NCBI GenBank assembly: GCA_964016885.1
Contig: OZ024742.1
Location: 85,374,001-85,438,000 of the forward strand
DNA length: 64,000 bases
Direction: 5' to 3'
From: Eledone cirrhosa
Lineage: Eukaryota
Shown here piece by piece: positions 16,739 to 31,999 of the stretch. Every line of letters starts with the position of its first letter. The stretch's first letter is position 1. Made by a program: the position numbers and the translations under genes. The notes under the pieces are model-generated. The model was not told the origin of the DNA and did not search any database. It worked only from the letters and a program-made list of their open reading frames with translations.

Positions 16739-17440
16739 TATATATATATATAATATATATATATATATATAACGTGCATGTGCGTGCGTGGCGTGTCCGC
16801 ACTCATGCATATGATATTCCGTATATGTACTTGGTCAATATGTAAATGATTTGCGTAGATAGAAAATCTTAGGAAAACAAAGCATAAAGCAATATGTGCC
16901 AGCGGCCTTCTCAATAGTGTTTCCTTTAATTCGACCCGTATTCTCCGATCTTTGTTCCTCAAATATTTACAAAACATTTCCGACTCAACATGAGTTGAAA
17001 CGTCACTTTCTATTATGATATATATTCCAAATAACAACAGAATAATGCATTTATATGATTATTTATTTGACTAGCTACAAAATCCTACATCCTGAAAGAA
17101 ACCAGATAGCCTTATTTTATGGAATGTATAACATTGCTGAAATTCAAGTAGGAGAAATAAAATCAATCGAAATCGAAACTCTATCCATGAATTATTTAAG
17201 CACCAGCACTCTTTCATTTCTAACAAATAAAAAAAAATATATATTTTGCTCTGACACTGCCAAGATCATCAAAATATGCTCCATGTGTTTAGTAATCAAA
17301 CTCACCACTAAATTCGAGATATTTTCTGAATATTCTGATTTTCATTGCCGGATTCAGAAAGTAACACACGGATCAAATAATCACCTTGTCAAAACGTGTA
17401 TATATATTTGCATATGTATGAATCTAATTAAATGTGTGCA

Positions 17441-17485
<45 letters not shown>

Positions 17486-18020
17486 GTCAGTATCTATATA
17501 TGCATGTATGTTTGAATGTATTCACAGGGACATAGAAATACTCTGGTTGGTTTTCTCACAGGCATTTAAGGACCATTTATGGTTAGGGCATCCTTGTAGG
17601 AGAAGAGAAGCTCAGATATATAACCAGCGATATGGTTTTCTGTTTCGGTTTTTGAAACATATCACCGTTGTTCAGTAATTAGTAGTGGTCCAGTGAAAGG
17701 CCTTTCTCCATTTAAAAATTATTCAAACACAATTATCACTTGATTTAAACGTCTAACACAAGTGTTTCCTGATCATGCCTGGATGTGCTTGGGAAGGGCT
17801 TATATTTTCCTTCGTAGCGGTTCATGCAGAAAGAAATGATAGACCTTGGTATGACAATAATGGGACAGTCGAGTCACCCATTTATGAGAAAATGATCATA
17901 TGATGGCAATTCTTGAATGTTCAATGCATCCATTAATTATCTACGTGATGTATGCATTAATCTGAATCAATATACGCATGCATGTAATGCATGCATATAT
18001 ACATTTATGTATGTATGTAT

Positions 18021-18604
18021 CCTTGTTTTGTGGATGTCATAAACGACAATTGTAAATCTCTCAAATTTGATGGAGAACTGGGAGAGATTGGATGAAGAAC
18101 GTACATCATGGAGAAAATCTTCAAATATGGATCTGATGTCTCTGAAATAAAGTTATTGAAGTATGTTGTTTTGAAACGTTCCCTTCGTAAGCGTGACTCA
18201 TGTGCAGTGCCTACACAACTCCAGCAGAATTTGAGGTGCAATGTATGTGGGCGATTTCTTCTAACAAGAGGTGATTTTTTAACCATCTGAAATCACACAA
18301 TCCGGGTAGAAATCGAGCCAACTATGAGATGGTTCTACCACCTCACACTCCACAGTGCATGTGCAGTGACTGTGTTTTCATATGAAAGTGAGCGAGTGGA
18401 CTGACCAGACAAGGAAAAATGCAAGAAGACAAACACTAGATGTTTTATTCCAGGAGAGAGACAGTTCAATTGTCACATCTGTGAACGTACATGCAAAACG
18501 AAAGCGGGTCTCAACATTCCCCTGTGACCACATGATCATGCACTGTTCCTTGAGGGTATGGTGTTATTCTGACAAGAAGTAGCAATCAACATGTATGTAT
18601 GTAT
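18021..18604 (+). mobile_element. RTE-clade LINE 3' fragment with C2H2-like fingers and (ATGT)n tail
   Basis: CNVCGRFLLTRGDFL..KSH and further Cys pairs; flanked by ATGT repeats. Confidence 0.5.
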
Positions 18605-19029
18605 GATTTTTTGGTTTCAATATTTGATAAATGTTTACCAATAGAGTGGGAGTCGGTTTCTAACATATACACAATATTCTTTCATTGGAATTGATACAAG
18701 TTAAATCTGTGTGCTTGTCTTAGTGCATGATTGTATGTGGGTGTCTTTGTGCGTGTGTTTGTATGTGTGTATGTGTTCAGGTATGAATTTTATTGTATGT
18801 GTTGATCTATATTTTTGGAATATTTTATATTAGTTTCTCATTAGTTATAGATACATGTTCTTATTTTCACTAATCTTTAATATTATATTTGTAGCTTACT
18901 TCCACTACTGAACAAGTATTCATTTCCCTGTCCCATATCACTATATCTGATATGTTATGCCTCCATTTTATTGTGGTTGATTTTTCATATAATGTACGTA
19001 TATGTCAGGTTTTTGTACCGAAAACCAAG

Positions 19030-19760
19030 TCTCTTCTTGCAGTTTTCTCATCTTGAAGTTTTCTAACACAGTCCCAATGGTACTATTATTTATGCTGTAC
19101 GCTTGTGTTGTATTGTAAGGGCAGTAGTTCTTTTTAATCTCTTTTAGCCTTTTGCATCTCCCTTTCTTTCTTCACCCCATAGTTTTCTCCCGAAGGAATC
19201 TATGTCTTTCTGGGATAGGACATCAATGTCATTCATTACATTGCCCTTCATATATCTATAAACTGTTGTTTGGTTTTGGGTAAATCTACATTAATTTGTT
19301 TTCTTTCAGTCACCCTTGTCTGGTTAAGAGGTTTCTCGCTGACAGCTAACAATACTTGTTTGATATTATTCAGGACATATTCAAGAGTCATGGTTGTACG
19401 TTTTCGAAATATCGTTTCTTTTTCATCGTCCACTCTTTGTTGGTGAGAAGTGTAGATTTTTATTTTTGCTTGCACGAGGAGAGCATTGCCACATATCCTA
19501 TAATTTCCCGTAGGTCAGCAATCTGCTTTTGTATCTTTTGTAATATTTGATGGTAATTGTGGTGATGTTTTAATTTTGGAAAACACCTCTGTTATCACCA
19601 AGATAATATTTCATTGTCGTTGCCAGGGTTTATAACCGACTTTGATTTGCCAAAATATAATCGCTTTAATTCGTCGTAAATAGTCCCACCTACAATTTCA
19701 TCAATAACAAGGAGAATGTTCGTATTTGGTTACTCTTTGTTTAGCATTGTTGTTTTATAT
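19030..19760 (-). mobile_element. Decayed non-LTR (R4-like) fragment
   Basis: HQQRVDDEKETIFRK resembles the HPxxDVDRLYxxRK motif; otherwise heavily decayed. Confidence 0.3.
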
Positions 19761-20699
19761 CGTTGTGTGAGACAAATATTTGTACATAATTTAATTTCTC
19801 TGAAAAGCTTCGCTGGAGGTGTATTTTAATTGTTTATACTCTTGATTATCCCATATAACGGTAGATGTATTATTATTGACGTCTTGTTCAATAAGAGTTG
19901 AGATAGAACCAGGTGATACATGTGGTGTCAAATTGCTTACCGGCAAAATTGTTACAAGGGACTGCTTGCATATTGCTATTGAATGTTTATGTTCAGCCTA
20001 TCTTCTGAAAGTTCTAGTAAAATGGCGACGTGCATAACCTGTTGTTAATTGCCTGTTCGATCTGGGGGACTTACATTGAATAACGTTCGTGTTATTTTTG
20101 CGTTCAAAGAGTGTTGCTTGTTTGCATAATTGTTAGGCTGTGCATTCCTATATTTCTTGGTGTATTTTCTTCCCAGAATAGCCTAATTCTATTCATATAG
20201 CTAACCGAGGGGTCTTATGTAGCCATTTTATAACAGTTGAATAAATGGTAAATAAGTTCTTAACTCGAAGAAACATTCGATTTATAATTTCGGTACCTTC
20301 CTCCGGAGAAATCATGGGATTATTGCGAAGGTACATATCCTTGTTTTGGGGAAGTTGAAAATGCATATGACCACGTTCTTCGGGATCTGCTGTGGAGCGT
20401 TCTGCAGGATTATAGGATGGATGATCAACTCCTTGCTACGCTGATGTCCCTAAACGAATGCCCAAATATTTGTGTTCGTATAAATGGTGTTAAATCGAAA
20501 CCATTCAATGTGGGTGTCGGACGCCGCCAGGGGTGAATAATATCACCTCTCCTGTTTACTATTTACATGAATCGGTTTAACATGCGGAGTCGTGTTGGAA
20601 AGGTAAATTAGTCGAATGGAATTTGCAACCGAACTTAAATCGACTTGCACTCGATAGGTTTGTTCCTGAGTGCTTCGTGGATGGGATGAAAACCCTTCT

Positions 20700-22240
20700 G
20701 CGAAAGGGGAGACGCTCGTCATCTTAGGAAAGACTCCGTAGTACACTTTAGAAATAAACGGAGTTCCACTGAAGCAGGTAGACGAATTGAAATATTTTGG
20801 GGTGGCCGTGTTTCGGAGTGATGGAAGTCATGTTTCCCATGCAAATATATAGCTGTAATGGAACTCGGAGAATCTTTAAGGAGCATATGTTTAATTGCGC
20901 CATGGATTTTGCAATCAGAAAAACAAAGTATAACGTACTTTCCGGTGCTGAAGACGCCTTGTTCTCGAGGATGCACTCTAATTTTGACAAACCAAATTTG
21001 AAAAAAAATGCTAAAGAACCTTCGCCATTTAGGACGCATGTTAAATTTTTGAAACTTATTTTAGGTAAAAAGTAGTGTCTTCGACGCCGGGAAACACGAT
21101 AATTATTGTTTATACTACTATTTAAAGTTAAATTGGGTTTTGGAAATGGAACATGCCCTTTTGTTGTTGGACACAAATCTATAAACCGTGCCACAATTTG
21201 AGCCTCTGTATAAATCAGAAATTTCATGTGCAGCGATACCTAAAGCACAAAACGCAGTACTGTTAGTTAAATGTTCCACAAGAAGTGCAAGCTACTTTTA
21301 TTAGAAAGAACAGTAATGAAATGTGTATCTTATTACGAATGTCTTTATGCAGAGCGGTAAAAAAACACTTGTCTAACTTGTCTTTCAATTCTCTGTTCTC
21401 GACCTTGATGTGATAGTTATCTACCAGGGCGTTATTCAATAATCCCAACAGACACCCCAGTGACTATTGAAGAGAGAAAAAAAGGCAACTTCACGAGTAT
21501 TTCCAGTTAAAGCATCCAGGATGTAAGGTAGTATATTCTAGTTAATGAAAGCTACATGATTCCATGTATCGCCCACTAGACTTTCTCATTGTCATGGCAA
21601 ATTGGGAGTGTGACCCAATTCCTTCAGCCTAGGTTGAATGAATCTTAATTAAATTGTAACAACACCCATGGTATCAAGATACCTGTTGGAAAATATCTAG
21701 GCTGAGTGTTAATTATGTTCTAGAAACTTAATCTGATAAAAGAGCAGAAAGTGGTACGGTGGATACAATATTATGTCTAAGCAATTTCAAGAAATAGAAT
21801 AGATCATGCCTTAGTACGAAGTTTTCTTTTTCGAACAGGCTAATATGTGGATGCAGATAATTTTAGGTGTCTTCAAAAAATGATATCGTGTCATATGAAC
21901 CAGCGTTACACTTAATATTACGATCCCACGACAAATTTCGACGGACAACGGTGTTAAGCAAATATATATTCCTCCTCCAAAAATTATAGGGAATATACTT
22001 CACCGTATTCTTTACTTTTGAATTCCCCAACTATTATCGAGGCATAACTAAGGATTTTAGAACATCTGAGTGTGTTTTCAAAATCAAGAAATTTAATATA
22101 ATACCCATGACGTTCGTTTGTTTGATTCGAGAGCTTTGCGATGCTGTTGACATGGAATTTCTCAGAAGCAAACAGTCAGTATATAAGGAATAAATCATCT
22201 GAAGCAGCAGCACTTGTGGCTTCGTTATACGTTTAAGGCC
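20700..22240 (-). mobile_element. Old PLE (RT plus GIY-YIG) remnant
   Basis: STGKYVILCFSDCKIHGA..H..H GIY-YIG/CCHH-like segment (ORF 20719-21039) and a GRYMES remnant of the RYxDD motif near 21565. Confidence 0.45.
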
Positions 22241-23392
22241 ATGCTCTACATTCCGGCACTAGAGGAACCTAACATCGTGCCAAATATATATGTAAATGGG
22301 TATAGGTCCACAAAGTTCGATGCATTTGTATATCTGGATTGATACGTCGCTTCCATGACCATGGGTGGTGTAGAGTGCCGGAATGAATATGGTAATATTG
22401 ATATTTCTATCAATAATAAGAATGTCAGAATTACTATATATATATGCGTACACGTATGTATATATTTATGTAAATATGTGTATATGTGAACACATGGATT
22501 TCTATAAATTACTATTAGAAGTGATAATTTAGAACTAGTTGCATTCTGATACGATCTAGCCATTCCGGAATGAATACTGTGAAATTGTATGGACTCAGTT
22601 ATCATTAAAATAAAAATTCTAAATATTCTGTTTATCTTGAAACTTTCTTTCTATGTAGATATGTAAAAAGAGATGAAGGAAGAAGAACAGAGGATGGAGT
22701 GAGAGAAAGGGATAGATAGAGGGAGGGATAGATAGAGGGAGAGAGAGGGAGCGAGAGAGAGGGTGAGACGGTAAAAAGGGGCACACAAAGAGTGGAAGAA
22801 GAGACGGAAGACAGAAGAATATTGGGAGAAACTAACTCGCATAAAGAATGGGATTAGAAAAAAATGATCTCAATTCATATGAAATAATGCTTTTGATTTA
22901 TGGAAGTGCTGATTTTTACTGTTCTATAGAAATAAGGATTCTAATATTCTTCCTATCGATACAATTTTAGTCTTGTTTCTTGATTCGTCTTGTAGAATTT
23001 GCTGCTTTCATCACAACTGGATTTCGGCGATAAAATTAATTTATTCTGCAAAAGATTTATTCTATAGAAGATTTATTTTGCGAAAAAATGCAATATTTGT
23101 ATGAAAATACAGCTGGAAGTAAATTAGTTTGAAAAACATTCTTAATGAAAAATACTTTGGAATTTGGAAAAAGAAAGATCATTAATTATTGGATTTTCTT
23201 CTCAGCTTACGATTAATTCTTTACTGACGCAAATAGGTCAAGGCTAACATAAATTTAAAATTTGATAGATAAGCATTAAAACAAATTTCAGATAAACGTG
23301 AATATACAGAATTTCATTGTCCACTAAATTTTCCTTCTATCATGTATGTACAAGACATTGCTAACAACACCAACAGTGTACTTATCTAATTA

Positions 23393-23427
<35 letters not shown>

Positions 23428-23499
23428 CAATACACACTTCATACATACCCACCCCCCACAAACAACTTTTCACTATATATATACATATATATATATGAG

Positions 23500-23776
23500 C
23501 ATTGTGTATATCTCGCAATATACAGTATGTTTACGCATACCGTATAGACTAAATAAGTGACATAGTCGCTACTTTAAAACACATAGCGAATGGTCTTCAA
23601 ATTTCTTTTAAATAAGCATACAGTATATTAACAAATATAATATACATACATTCATACATACATGACTATTTCAAAGCACTGTTACTAATTCCTAATTTTT
23701 GCTGGACGGGCAACTGCTCTGTTTAATCAGCTCTGAGACATCACTGGAATTCTATAAGAATCCAGCTTCTATAAAT
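23500..23776 (+). mobile_element. Mini-element family F2, copy a (block A then block B, with short inverted arm)
   Basis: A (23551-23692) matches 34837-34975 and 36379-36490. B (23743-23776) matches 34710-34742. 23500-23535 is an inverted piece of A. Confidence 0.7.
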
Positions 23777-24399
23777 CTCTGTAGCTGTTTACATTTCTCT
23801 ACGTCCAAAGTTGATTCACGGACACAAAACAACTGTACAAGATCTCGCATGAACCCAGCAAGATGTTAGCAGTGACATCTCATATCAAACCGTCGGGGAG
23901 ACGGCCCATAAGCATCCAGATATCTGCACGTACCTTCCTAGCTGTTTCACAAGACTCAATCATCGACCAGGTTCATATATTCAATAGCCCACTAGACTAG
24001 AAGCACCAGTTTTGTTACGCGACTCTCGTGCTTATGTTCTCAGTGAATAACCATGACTCGGTTTGCTCCGTTGCTTTTAGACTCAGGACCAGCATCGTTT
24101 TCTACAGCATGCTCGGTTCCTCAATCATCTTCGTTCTTTCCAGGTGCTTCCTTTAGACACTACCCGACACCAAATCCCTTGCGGGTGGTAACAAAAATAT
24201 TAAAAGAGTCAATTAAAAGCAAATTGATGGGGGCATTTCTGTCAGATTGACTGTTTTGCTTTCGAATAACACAACTATCAAGCACACACTGGAGATCATA
24301 GCCTATTTCTCCTAAAACACCCCTATCAGGGACACAAAAGTACCTATCTGTCGTAAGTGTTTGACCATTTACAAAGGAAATGTAATTGCTGTTCTGAAA

Positions 24400-26250
24400 C
24401 ACTCGTCAGGTACTAATAGCTAGCTTACAGCCCGACAAGATCTGGGAACTATCATCGTTACATGTCGCTGAGGATAGAGTAACCTAACCTCGGTCGATTA
24501 ATTCTCTGATGAACAGTCTATATGCATGACAACGAATTGTCACCTACGACAAGTTGAGTATGTTGAAAAAGAATGACGCTGGCAATGCAGTCATTAATGT
24601 ACTCGCACCATAAATTGTCTGCAGGTTCATTATGGTTATTACAGCGAGGAACTGTGCTATTTCAAATTCAAAATAGGGGCTAAGAGTGAAGGTGAGGCGC
24701 TATGTGTTGAGACATGCATCTTCGGGACTCCCTCTCCCATAACACCCTTAAAGAGCATCCAAATTGCACACTGGTGCTGGCAATATTATCACATCCACGA
24801 CATGGGTCCATCAAGCTGACACAATCAGGCCGATCATCATTGTTTATTGTCGGGGGAAGTAATAACAGTGTCTGTTAGATAGCTTACGCAACACCGATCG
24901 TCTCTGTTTCGTCACGAGTTCTTGACGTTCAAAACATCCAACTATTCTAATCGCTCCGCGGTATTGAGATTTAATCGTCCAGGCCAGAGTTGATAAAGGT
25001 GAGTTATGGTAAAACAAAATATAACTCCTTTCACATAAAGGGATCCATTCTAACTCCAGTGTGTCATTCTCCGGGAAATGCACCCCATAGCACTGGTCTC
25101 CAATTCCCTTGAAAGCCACTCGAGAGTTTATGGAGGCAAAAGGAGTTGACCCGGTGAAGATGACGGAAATATTGCGCCTCATCAATGCTCTTAATCATGA
25201 AGCACCACGTCTCCCACTCTCAAACATTCTCTTCTCTAAGTATTATAACCTTTTATAACCATGCCTTAACATATGCTGAGGTAAAGATGTGTCATTTCTT
25301 CTATCTTACTTGCAATAAATATTTCGACGACAGCGTTTCGCAGCAGGCATATCTAGCTCTCATGTTCTCCGGGCTCAGTCTCCACTCAACATAATGACGT
25401 TGTGATACTGGGCTACATTTCATTCATCGTCTCCAACCAACTTTATCAATGTTGCACCTCGCAAGATATTGGAAGGAAATGTACACTGTAAATTGAAATC
25501 GATTCTAAACATCTGGGTTTGCGATGGCCTCATGGGCCCAGCACGAATGTTGGTTAAAATACAACTGTGACGATATAAATTGTAATTCGTCCTGTGCATT
25601 AGATTCGGCTTCATTAGACCACTAATACCTGATTAGATCTTTGTCTCATTTGCAAGCAAATAGCGCCATATGCTTAACATCCATACCCCGCAATTGTCTT
25701 AATAATGTGTCTAAACACAGTGCTGTGTCACTGAACATGGTCTCCAAGGTGTGTGAGCAGAATAGGTGATGTTCTTGAAACACAATCGTTGAGGCTGGAC
25801 TGAAACGTGTTCAGTCAATACCATCGACAGAACGCGTTATACGTTCATATGAATGAAACTTAGCGCAGTGCTTTTCCCCTTGAGATTTGGAGCCAAGCGG
25901 TCCGGACCATGATGGCGGTAAGTGCCTAGAAGACATAATGCATTTCTGTTCGATCTGGGCAGCTTGCTAATATGTTGCAACAGATATTCCAGGTCCAACC
26001 TCATTACCTGCTCCACAAAACACGGCACCGCCACCCGTAAAGCAGCCGAGCGGAAGGTATCCGGATTTAATCGACAGTTTCTGTTTTTGTGCCGGTTTCC
26101 TCCGATACAGGAATGGCTGTTGTCCGCATACTCTTGCTATATAGTTCCGGTTCGTCGCACATTTCTGAATCATGTCTCTATAATATCTGAAATAGTGTTT
26201 ATACAGCATTCTATTTCTTAGCCCGAGAAGTGCACTGACCGTCTGTGTAG
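24400..26250 (-). mobile_element. Possible heavily decayed LTR-retrotransposon (Gypsy-like) pol region
   Basis: GC-richer island with weak RT (FRIDF), RNase H (ILFYHNSPLSTL, RIVGC) and integrase-like remnants in Gypsy order. Confidence 0.3.
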
Positions 26251-26879
26251 ACTTTCAGATTCCACAGTTCGAGTTAATCATAACTAGTAAAACTCATCAA
26301 GACAGTGTTCACAAAAACACAATTCATATTGTTTCTAATCGTAAAATACACGCGGTCAGCAGTCTACTAATCGTTGAATAATTGATTAAGTTCCATTCTG
26401 TTGCACGCAAGCTGCAATCGATGCCTTTTCTCGTCTTTGCTATAGTATTATATGCTGCGACACATTTGCTAAAATTAATAATTTTATTTTATAATTTTAT
26501 GATTTGAAGTCCCCTACCAGCAAATATTAATAATTACAACCTTTAATTTCCTCCTAACAAAGTTGGTAATTTAGTTCCTAAAAAATTCCCAATTCTGGAA
26601 AAATTCATCACGCTTCCCAAATATTTTATTATGTTTAAGTCTTGTCTAATTTGACTGACCATAGCACTAATTTGATATCTACTGAAACTGTTGACAACTA
26701 GCATTAATCTGATAGATAAATCTCATTAACGTTTGAACACTTGGTCTCGAAAATCCTGGTAGAATCTTAAAGGTACCTTAGTGAAATACGCAATTGCATT
26801 TTCAGCCTGGTGGGGCCTATCCTTTTGCGATATAAGAACGGAACTTATCTCTACCAGAGAATGAGAGTCGGTGTGTGTC

Positions 26880-27068
26880 AGAGACGAATTCAGAAAGAGA
26901 TATGCAGGAAGAATCGACCCAAATGCTGGACTGGTACATTATTTATCGGCTTCTAAATGATGAAGAGCAAAGTCAATTATGGTGGGTTTTAAATTCTACC
27001 GAATAGAGCCTAAAAGAAGACCGCAACAAATTCTATGAGACTTCTAGCGATTGTTTTTATTCGCCGCA
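26880..27068 (-). mobile_element. Old diverged SINE copy
   Basis: AATCGACCC..GACTGGTACATTATTTATCG..GATGAAGAGCAAAGTCAA matches the SINE core. Confidence 0.6.
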
Positions 27069-28229
27069 TATACCCTTGTTAATGCTTTGTCTGTATATGA
27101 TCTGGATCACCCGTTGCTATTTTTCCAACTCATCATTCCTGTATTCAGCAAATCCCCATGATAGAATGCATTATTTCGAGAAAAGAAATATTAATTAGCA
27201 TACATTAGATTTTGTTCTTAAAATGATAAGAACATTTTTTGAAATGATGACTACGATAAAATTGGTTTTCTTCGTGAGATCTAAATCTACATGTATTACG
27301 GAAGTTATACACATTTGTAAAATGGATATTCAGGTATTTTGAGTTTGTCGTCTAAAATAGGTGTGTATCCAGTGTATCCAGTGTATCCAGATACGTAATT
27401 ATTACTATAGGGACAAAAAGAGGAGATATTTCAGAACCAATAAATTGAAGTAGGTTACTTGAAGTAGGTTATTGTCATGTAAGGAAGGTTTAGCCCAGGT
27501 GATATAGCCGTGGCTATCTTATAGATATGTTGAAACAATTCAACATCACGTAATTTTACAAAAAACTATATTTAGGAGGGTATCATAGGATATTAGATAT
27601 TGTGTGACATATCACTCATAAGATATTATCAGTAGCACAACGTTAGTGTCCAAATGTAATATCATGTCTCTATTTATATGGAAGCAATTTGAAATATGTT
27701 GCAGTGTGATAGATAAGGGGTTCTCTTGCTTACTTATATTTATGTCACTCACATGTCTGTCTGAATTTTGGAAGTTCCGTATTTGTAAATATATGAATGA
27801 GTGTTGGATGGAACGATGAGAATTGTATTCGGCTAGGTAGCACGCAGGTTATTGGAATAGAAGTTACTACTACCATTAGTATCCCAATGACATTAACTGG
27901 CCGTAGGTGTTTATTTTCTACGTGTATATGTGCCTAACTTGCATTGCAGCTTTGATCGACTGCATTGGATACGAAAATAACATTTCATATTGGACACTAT
28001 TTCATCCTAATTATGTATGCCAGTGTTAACATACACATAAATCAATTTTGTGATAAACAACAATTATATATTACGCTCTTTTAGTAGCGCTTTACACTAC
28101 TCATATTAAATTTAATATATAATAATTAAAATAATCAGAATTATTTAACCTGTATGATTGCCAATTTGAAATATCACCGTCATCGACTACTATATGGTAA
28201 AAAGGGTATCAAGGAACGATATCCATAAT

Positions 28230-29861
28230 TGATTTTGTTATTCTCTTTGATCTCTTTGATTTCGCGTTGGATGAAATTGTTAGGAGAGGGGTTGAGCTTC
28301 CAGCTGATCACCATCTAGTTATTTGTAACTTGAAACTAACTAAATCCAAAAATGCCTACAAAACTAGTGGTGTATGGTGATCTAGAATATAAAGAGAGGA
28401 GAACATACTAATTCAACTAAATTCAGAGAACATGAAAAAAGTCGTCTTGCACGTACGACACAAATAGGTACCGTGAATCGCATCAGAGGCAGTAAAGGCG
28501 TCTTTAAGCTATGAGAAGACTTACGGTTAAGTTGGAAACCGATTTCAGATCAGTAAATAATGTGTTCTGGCAGACTATTCGCTGCCTACATAATTAGACG
28601 TCACACCTGCTATCAGGAATGTGCCTGAGGTTCTCCACTCATCAGAGAGGTACATCCTTGCTAGCTAAGAGAATAATTTGCTGATCTCCTAAAGCCGATG
28701 TGAAAAGTATTTTCTGAGGTACTGAGGAACGTCTGGGAGCATTAACTAATCTCTCGGTGGCTGAGTTCACAAGATCATTTATAAAATCAAATTCGTCACG
28801 ACTGCTGGAGAACGTGAAGTCCTCACCGATATGTTAAAAACCTTAAATAGAGACGGTACTCTTTGGCGGACACGTTTGTGCCGGGTGACATGGATCTATG
28901 GAAAGGCATCTAAGCAAGGTCAATTGGGAATGATAGTCCCTATTTTCTAAAAGGGAGACAAGTGAGAATATTCCCTTCATAGAGAGAAATCCTTGTAAGG
29001 TAAAGTCTATTCTAAGTGTCTGGCAAATAGATGCAGAGAAATTGTGGAGTCCATGTTAGCTCACAAAAAGTGTGATTTTCGCCTCAGATGCAGTACAGAC
29101 GACAAAATAGTCACGTTGCAACAGGCCTCCGAGAAATCATGAGTGTATTGCCAAGAAGTACATTCTGGTTTTAGACCTCGAACAAGCATCTATACCTACA
29201 TTCCTCGGGACATGCTGGGGTACGATCTGGAGGAATATGTGATCTCTTCAGTTTCTTATTGCCTTGATACCAATTCTCGATAAATTGTGCTAAATGAAAA
29301 CCATTTAATATGGTTTCGGACTGCACGTATAAAAGCAAAACTCGCTATCTTCAATTCGGTATTCGTCTCAAACCTAATATAGGGCCATCAATTCTGGGTA
29401 ATGACTGAAAGAATATAATCGTAAATGGAGTTGTGTAAATTGGGTTCCTCCGAATTGTCCTTGGAGTAAAGTTCCTTGATAGAATGCATAGCTCGGAGAT
29501 CAGTTTGGTGCTCCAAGTAGAGCCGCTATTTATCCGAATTGAGGGCAAGGATCTCCACTACAATGTGCATGTGATTAGGATGTCTCAGGAAAGAAATGCT
29601 GGACAGATTCTACGGACAAACCCAGCCTGCAGCGGAGCCCTATGAAGATGGTTGAATACTATCCATGAGCTTGGCTGGGCTTGCTTGGGGATCCAGCCGG
29701 ATCAGTTGGAGATGGTTGCTATTAACAGGACCTACTTGAAGGTGAGTTTGGTGACTCTACCCCCAGGACACTCTCGGAAGAAGAAGAAGAAGAAGAAGAA
29801 GAAGAAGAAGAAGAAGAAGAAGAAGAAGAAGAAGAAGAAGAAGAAGAAGAAGAAGAAGAAG
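28230..29861 (+). mobile_element. Decayed RTE-clade LINE with (GAA)n tail
   Basis: APE end (RRGVELPADHHLV), RT remnants (VPIFxKGD, FRLRCST), YGxxxWVMTE, VEPLFIRIE; (GAA)n at 29777-29861. Confidence 0.75.
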
Positions 29862-31367
29862 ATCGTATACTATTGATAAATATGCCTATGCAGCCAACAG
29901 GAATAACGGGTATGAAAAATAGTTTTATTTCAGAGAAGCAATCATGTCCAGTATCTATTTATACAGCCACATAATTATGGATTAAACAAACAAAATTATT
30001 TTTCTGATCATAAGCCTGCATTCAGCCTGAGAGTGACGCCTATGTCCTAGAATGGGTTTCCTAGTGTGTAGCTTAACAGATCTATTACGTAAAAAATCTC
30101 ATATACCAACACATACAATAAGCAGATATAAAACCATTCTCGAAATATATGTTATTAAATTCCAAACGTAGTTGGAGGAAACACAATTATTTTATGAAAT
30201 ATCAGACAAGATATGTTTATAAAAATGCATAATTGCTTTAAGGTGTTGGAGCTACGATCATAAAAACATCTGTTACATGCCTGGTACCGTAGAAGCATTG
30301 CGTTTTTGAGCAAACACTCACTTTCCAGTTGCTTTTAGATAGCTAAACCAGCATTTCAATGTTGATGTCTTTCAAATTCTATATTAAAGAAATAACTCCA
30401 ATGTTGTTTATCATCTTACAGAGAATATGCTTCCTATTATTAAAATTTAGAAACATATGCTCTTTTGTCTGAAATTGCATATGTCTGTACATGTCTTCAT
30501 AGTTGTGTTTTATATAGACTTTATATACACGAATATACACCTTTCGACCGTTCTTACATTATGTGTTTCTTATATATTTCACTCTTTTGTATGGAAATTC
30601 ATACCTGATGTAATAACATATGCATATATTTCTAGCCAATATAGTTACCGAACACGTGAAAAGTTTAAAGTATTTTGTAAAGTTCTGTAAAAACATACCG
30701 TGTTAAAATATGTTGTTCTATTCATGCGTAAAATATGAATACTAATGGCTTCATCCTATTTTGTTTACATTACAGACATGTTCCTAAACTAAGAGCTATA
30801 ACTAATTGACTAATACACTCAAACGAATTACCTTTTTTGAAAATATTTCTTGCAAACTCAATTATGTATCATCACGAAATTTTAATGCAACATGTTATGA
30901 CTTTTCTGATTTTGACTCATCTGAATTCTAAACTTTGTTATATTATTACGTATACGGAGAAATATTTTCTTTAAAATGTAATTTCGGGAAGAGGCTACGG
31001 TGGCACGAGAAAAAAAAAATATATATGAATTCATTAAAATTAATGTCCAAAAATATATGGTGATGCTTTTGATATCACGGTTTTGAATTATATCCAACTT
31101 GCCAATATTTATACACGCCAGACATATTTCGCTTATTTTCAACTTAATTTAATTTGGAACTATTTAACTATTCCACATATGCTTGTGACGCAATACCTAC
31201 CAGATCAATACTATATATTCAAGTATCTCCTCGTACTCGCATGAAATATATCTAATGCACCTGCCAAAAAAACTCTCCCACACAAATAAACACCACACGC
31301 CTACATTCACAAAGGCACTCAAACACAGGGACACACACATATATACACACAGGCACACATAAACATT

Positions 31368-31481
<114 letters not shown>

Positions 31482-31999
31482 TGTTTGTGCGTGTGTGAAA
31501 TTGAATACACAGTTTTAATATAGATATTTGCATATATTTTTGTGATCAAGCATTTGAATTTAGATAAAAAATTGAATCACATCAGTGTTCAATATCAATA
31601 AACCTTGTGAAATTCAAAAGAATATATCGTGCAAATGTTTTAATGTATTTGACATCAGCGTAACAAAATATGATTTCTTTCAGTCATGCAAGCCTATTGT
31701 CATGCTACTGCCTTTACAGATTATGAAATATTGTAGAAATATGATACTACATTGTATTCTGTGGAAGCCCAAAGGAAATGTTTCCCCATTTTTTTATCTA
31801 ATGTGCATACATAAATACGATACATATACAAACCCATGCACACACATCTACACACTTACGTATATATATTGAATAATACATTGAACAATGAAAATAAATG
31901 AGTTGATTATTTTAGGATAGATTCAGTAGTTTGATTGATCATGGTAAATCGGTAAGATGAGTAAAATATGGTGCTTTTGTCACCAATAATTTCTAGTTT

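Noticed and set aside
17055-17678. 207-aa ORF
   Set aside because: No recognisable motifs, and it runs through a TA tract.
29652-29876. Poly-lysine ORF
   Set aside because: It is the (GAA)n tail of the RTE element.
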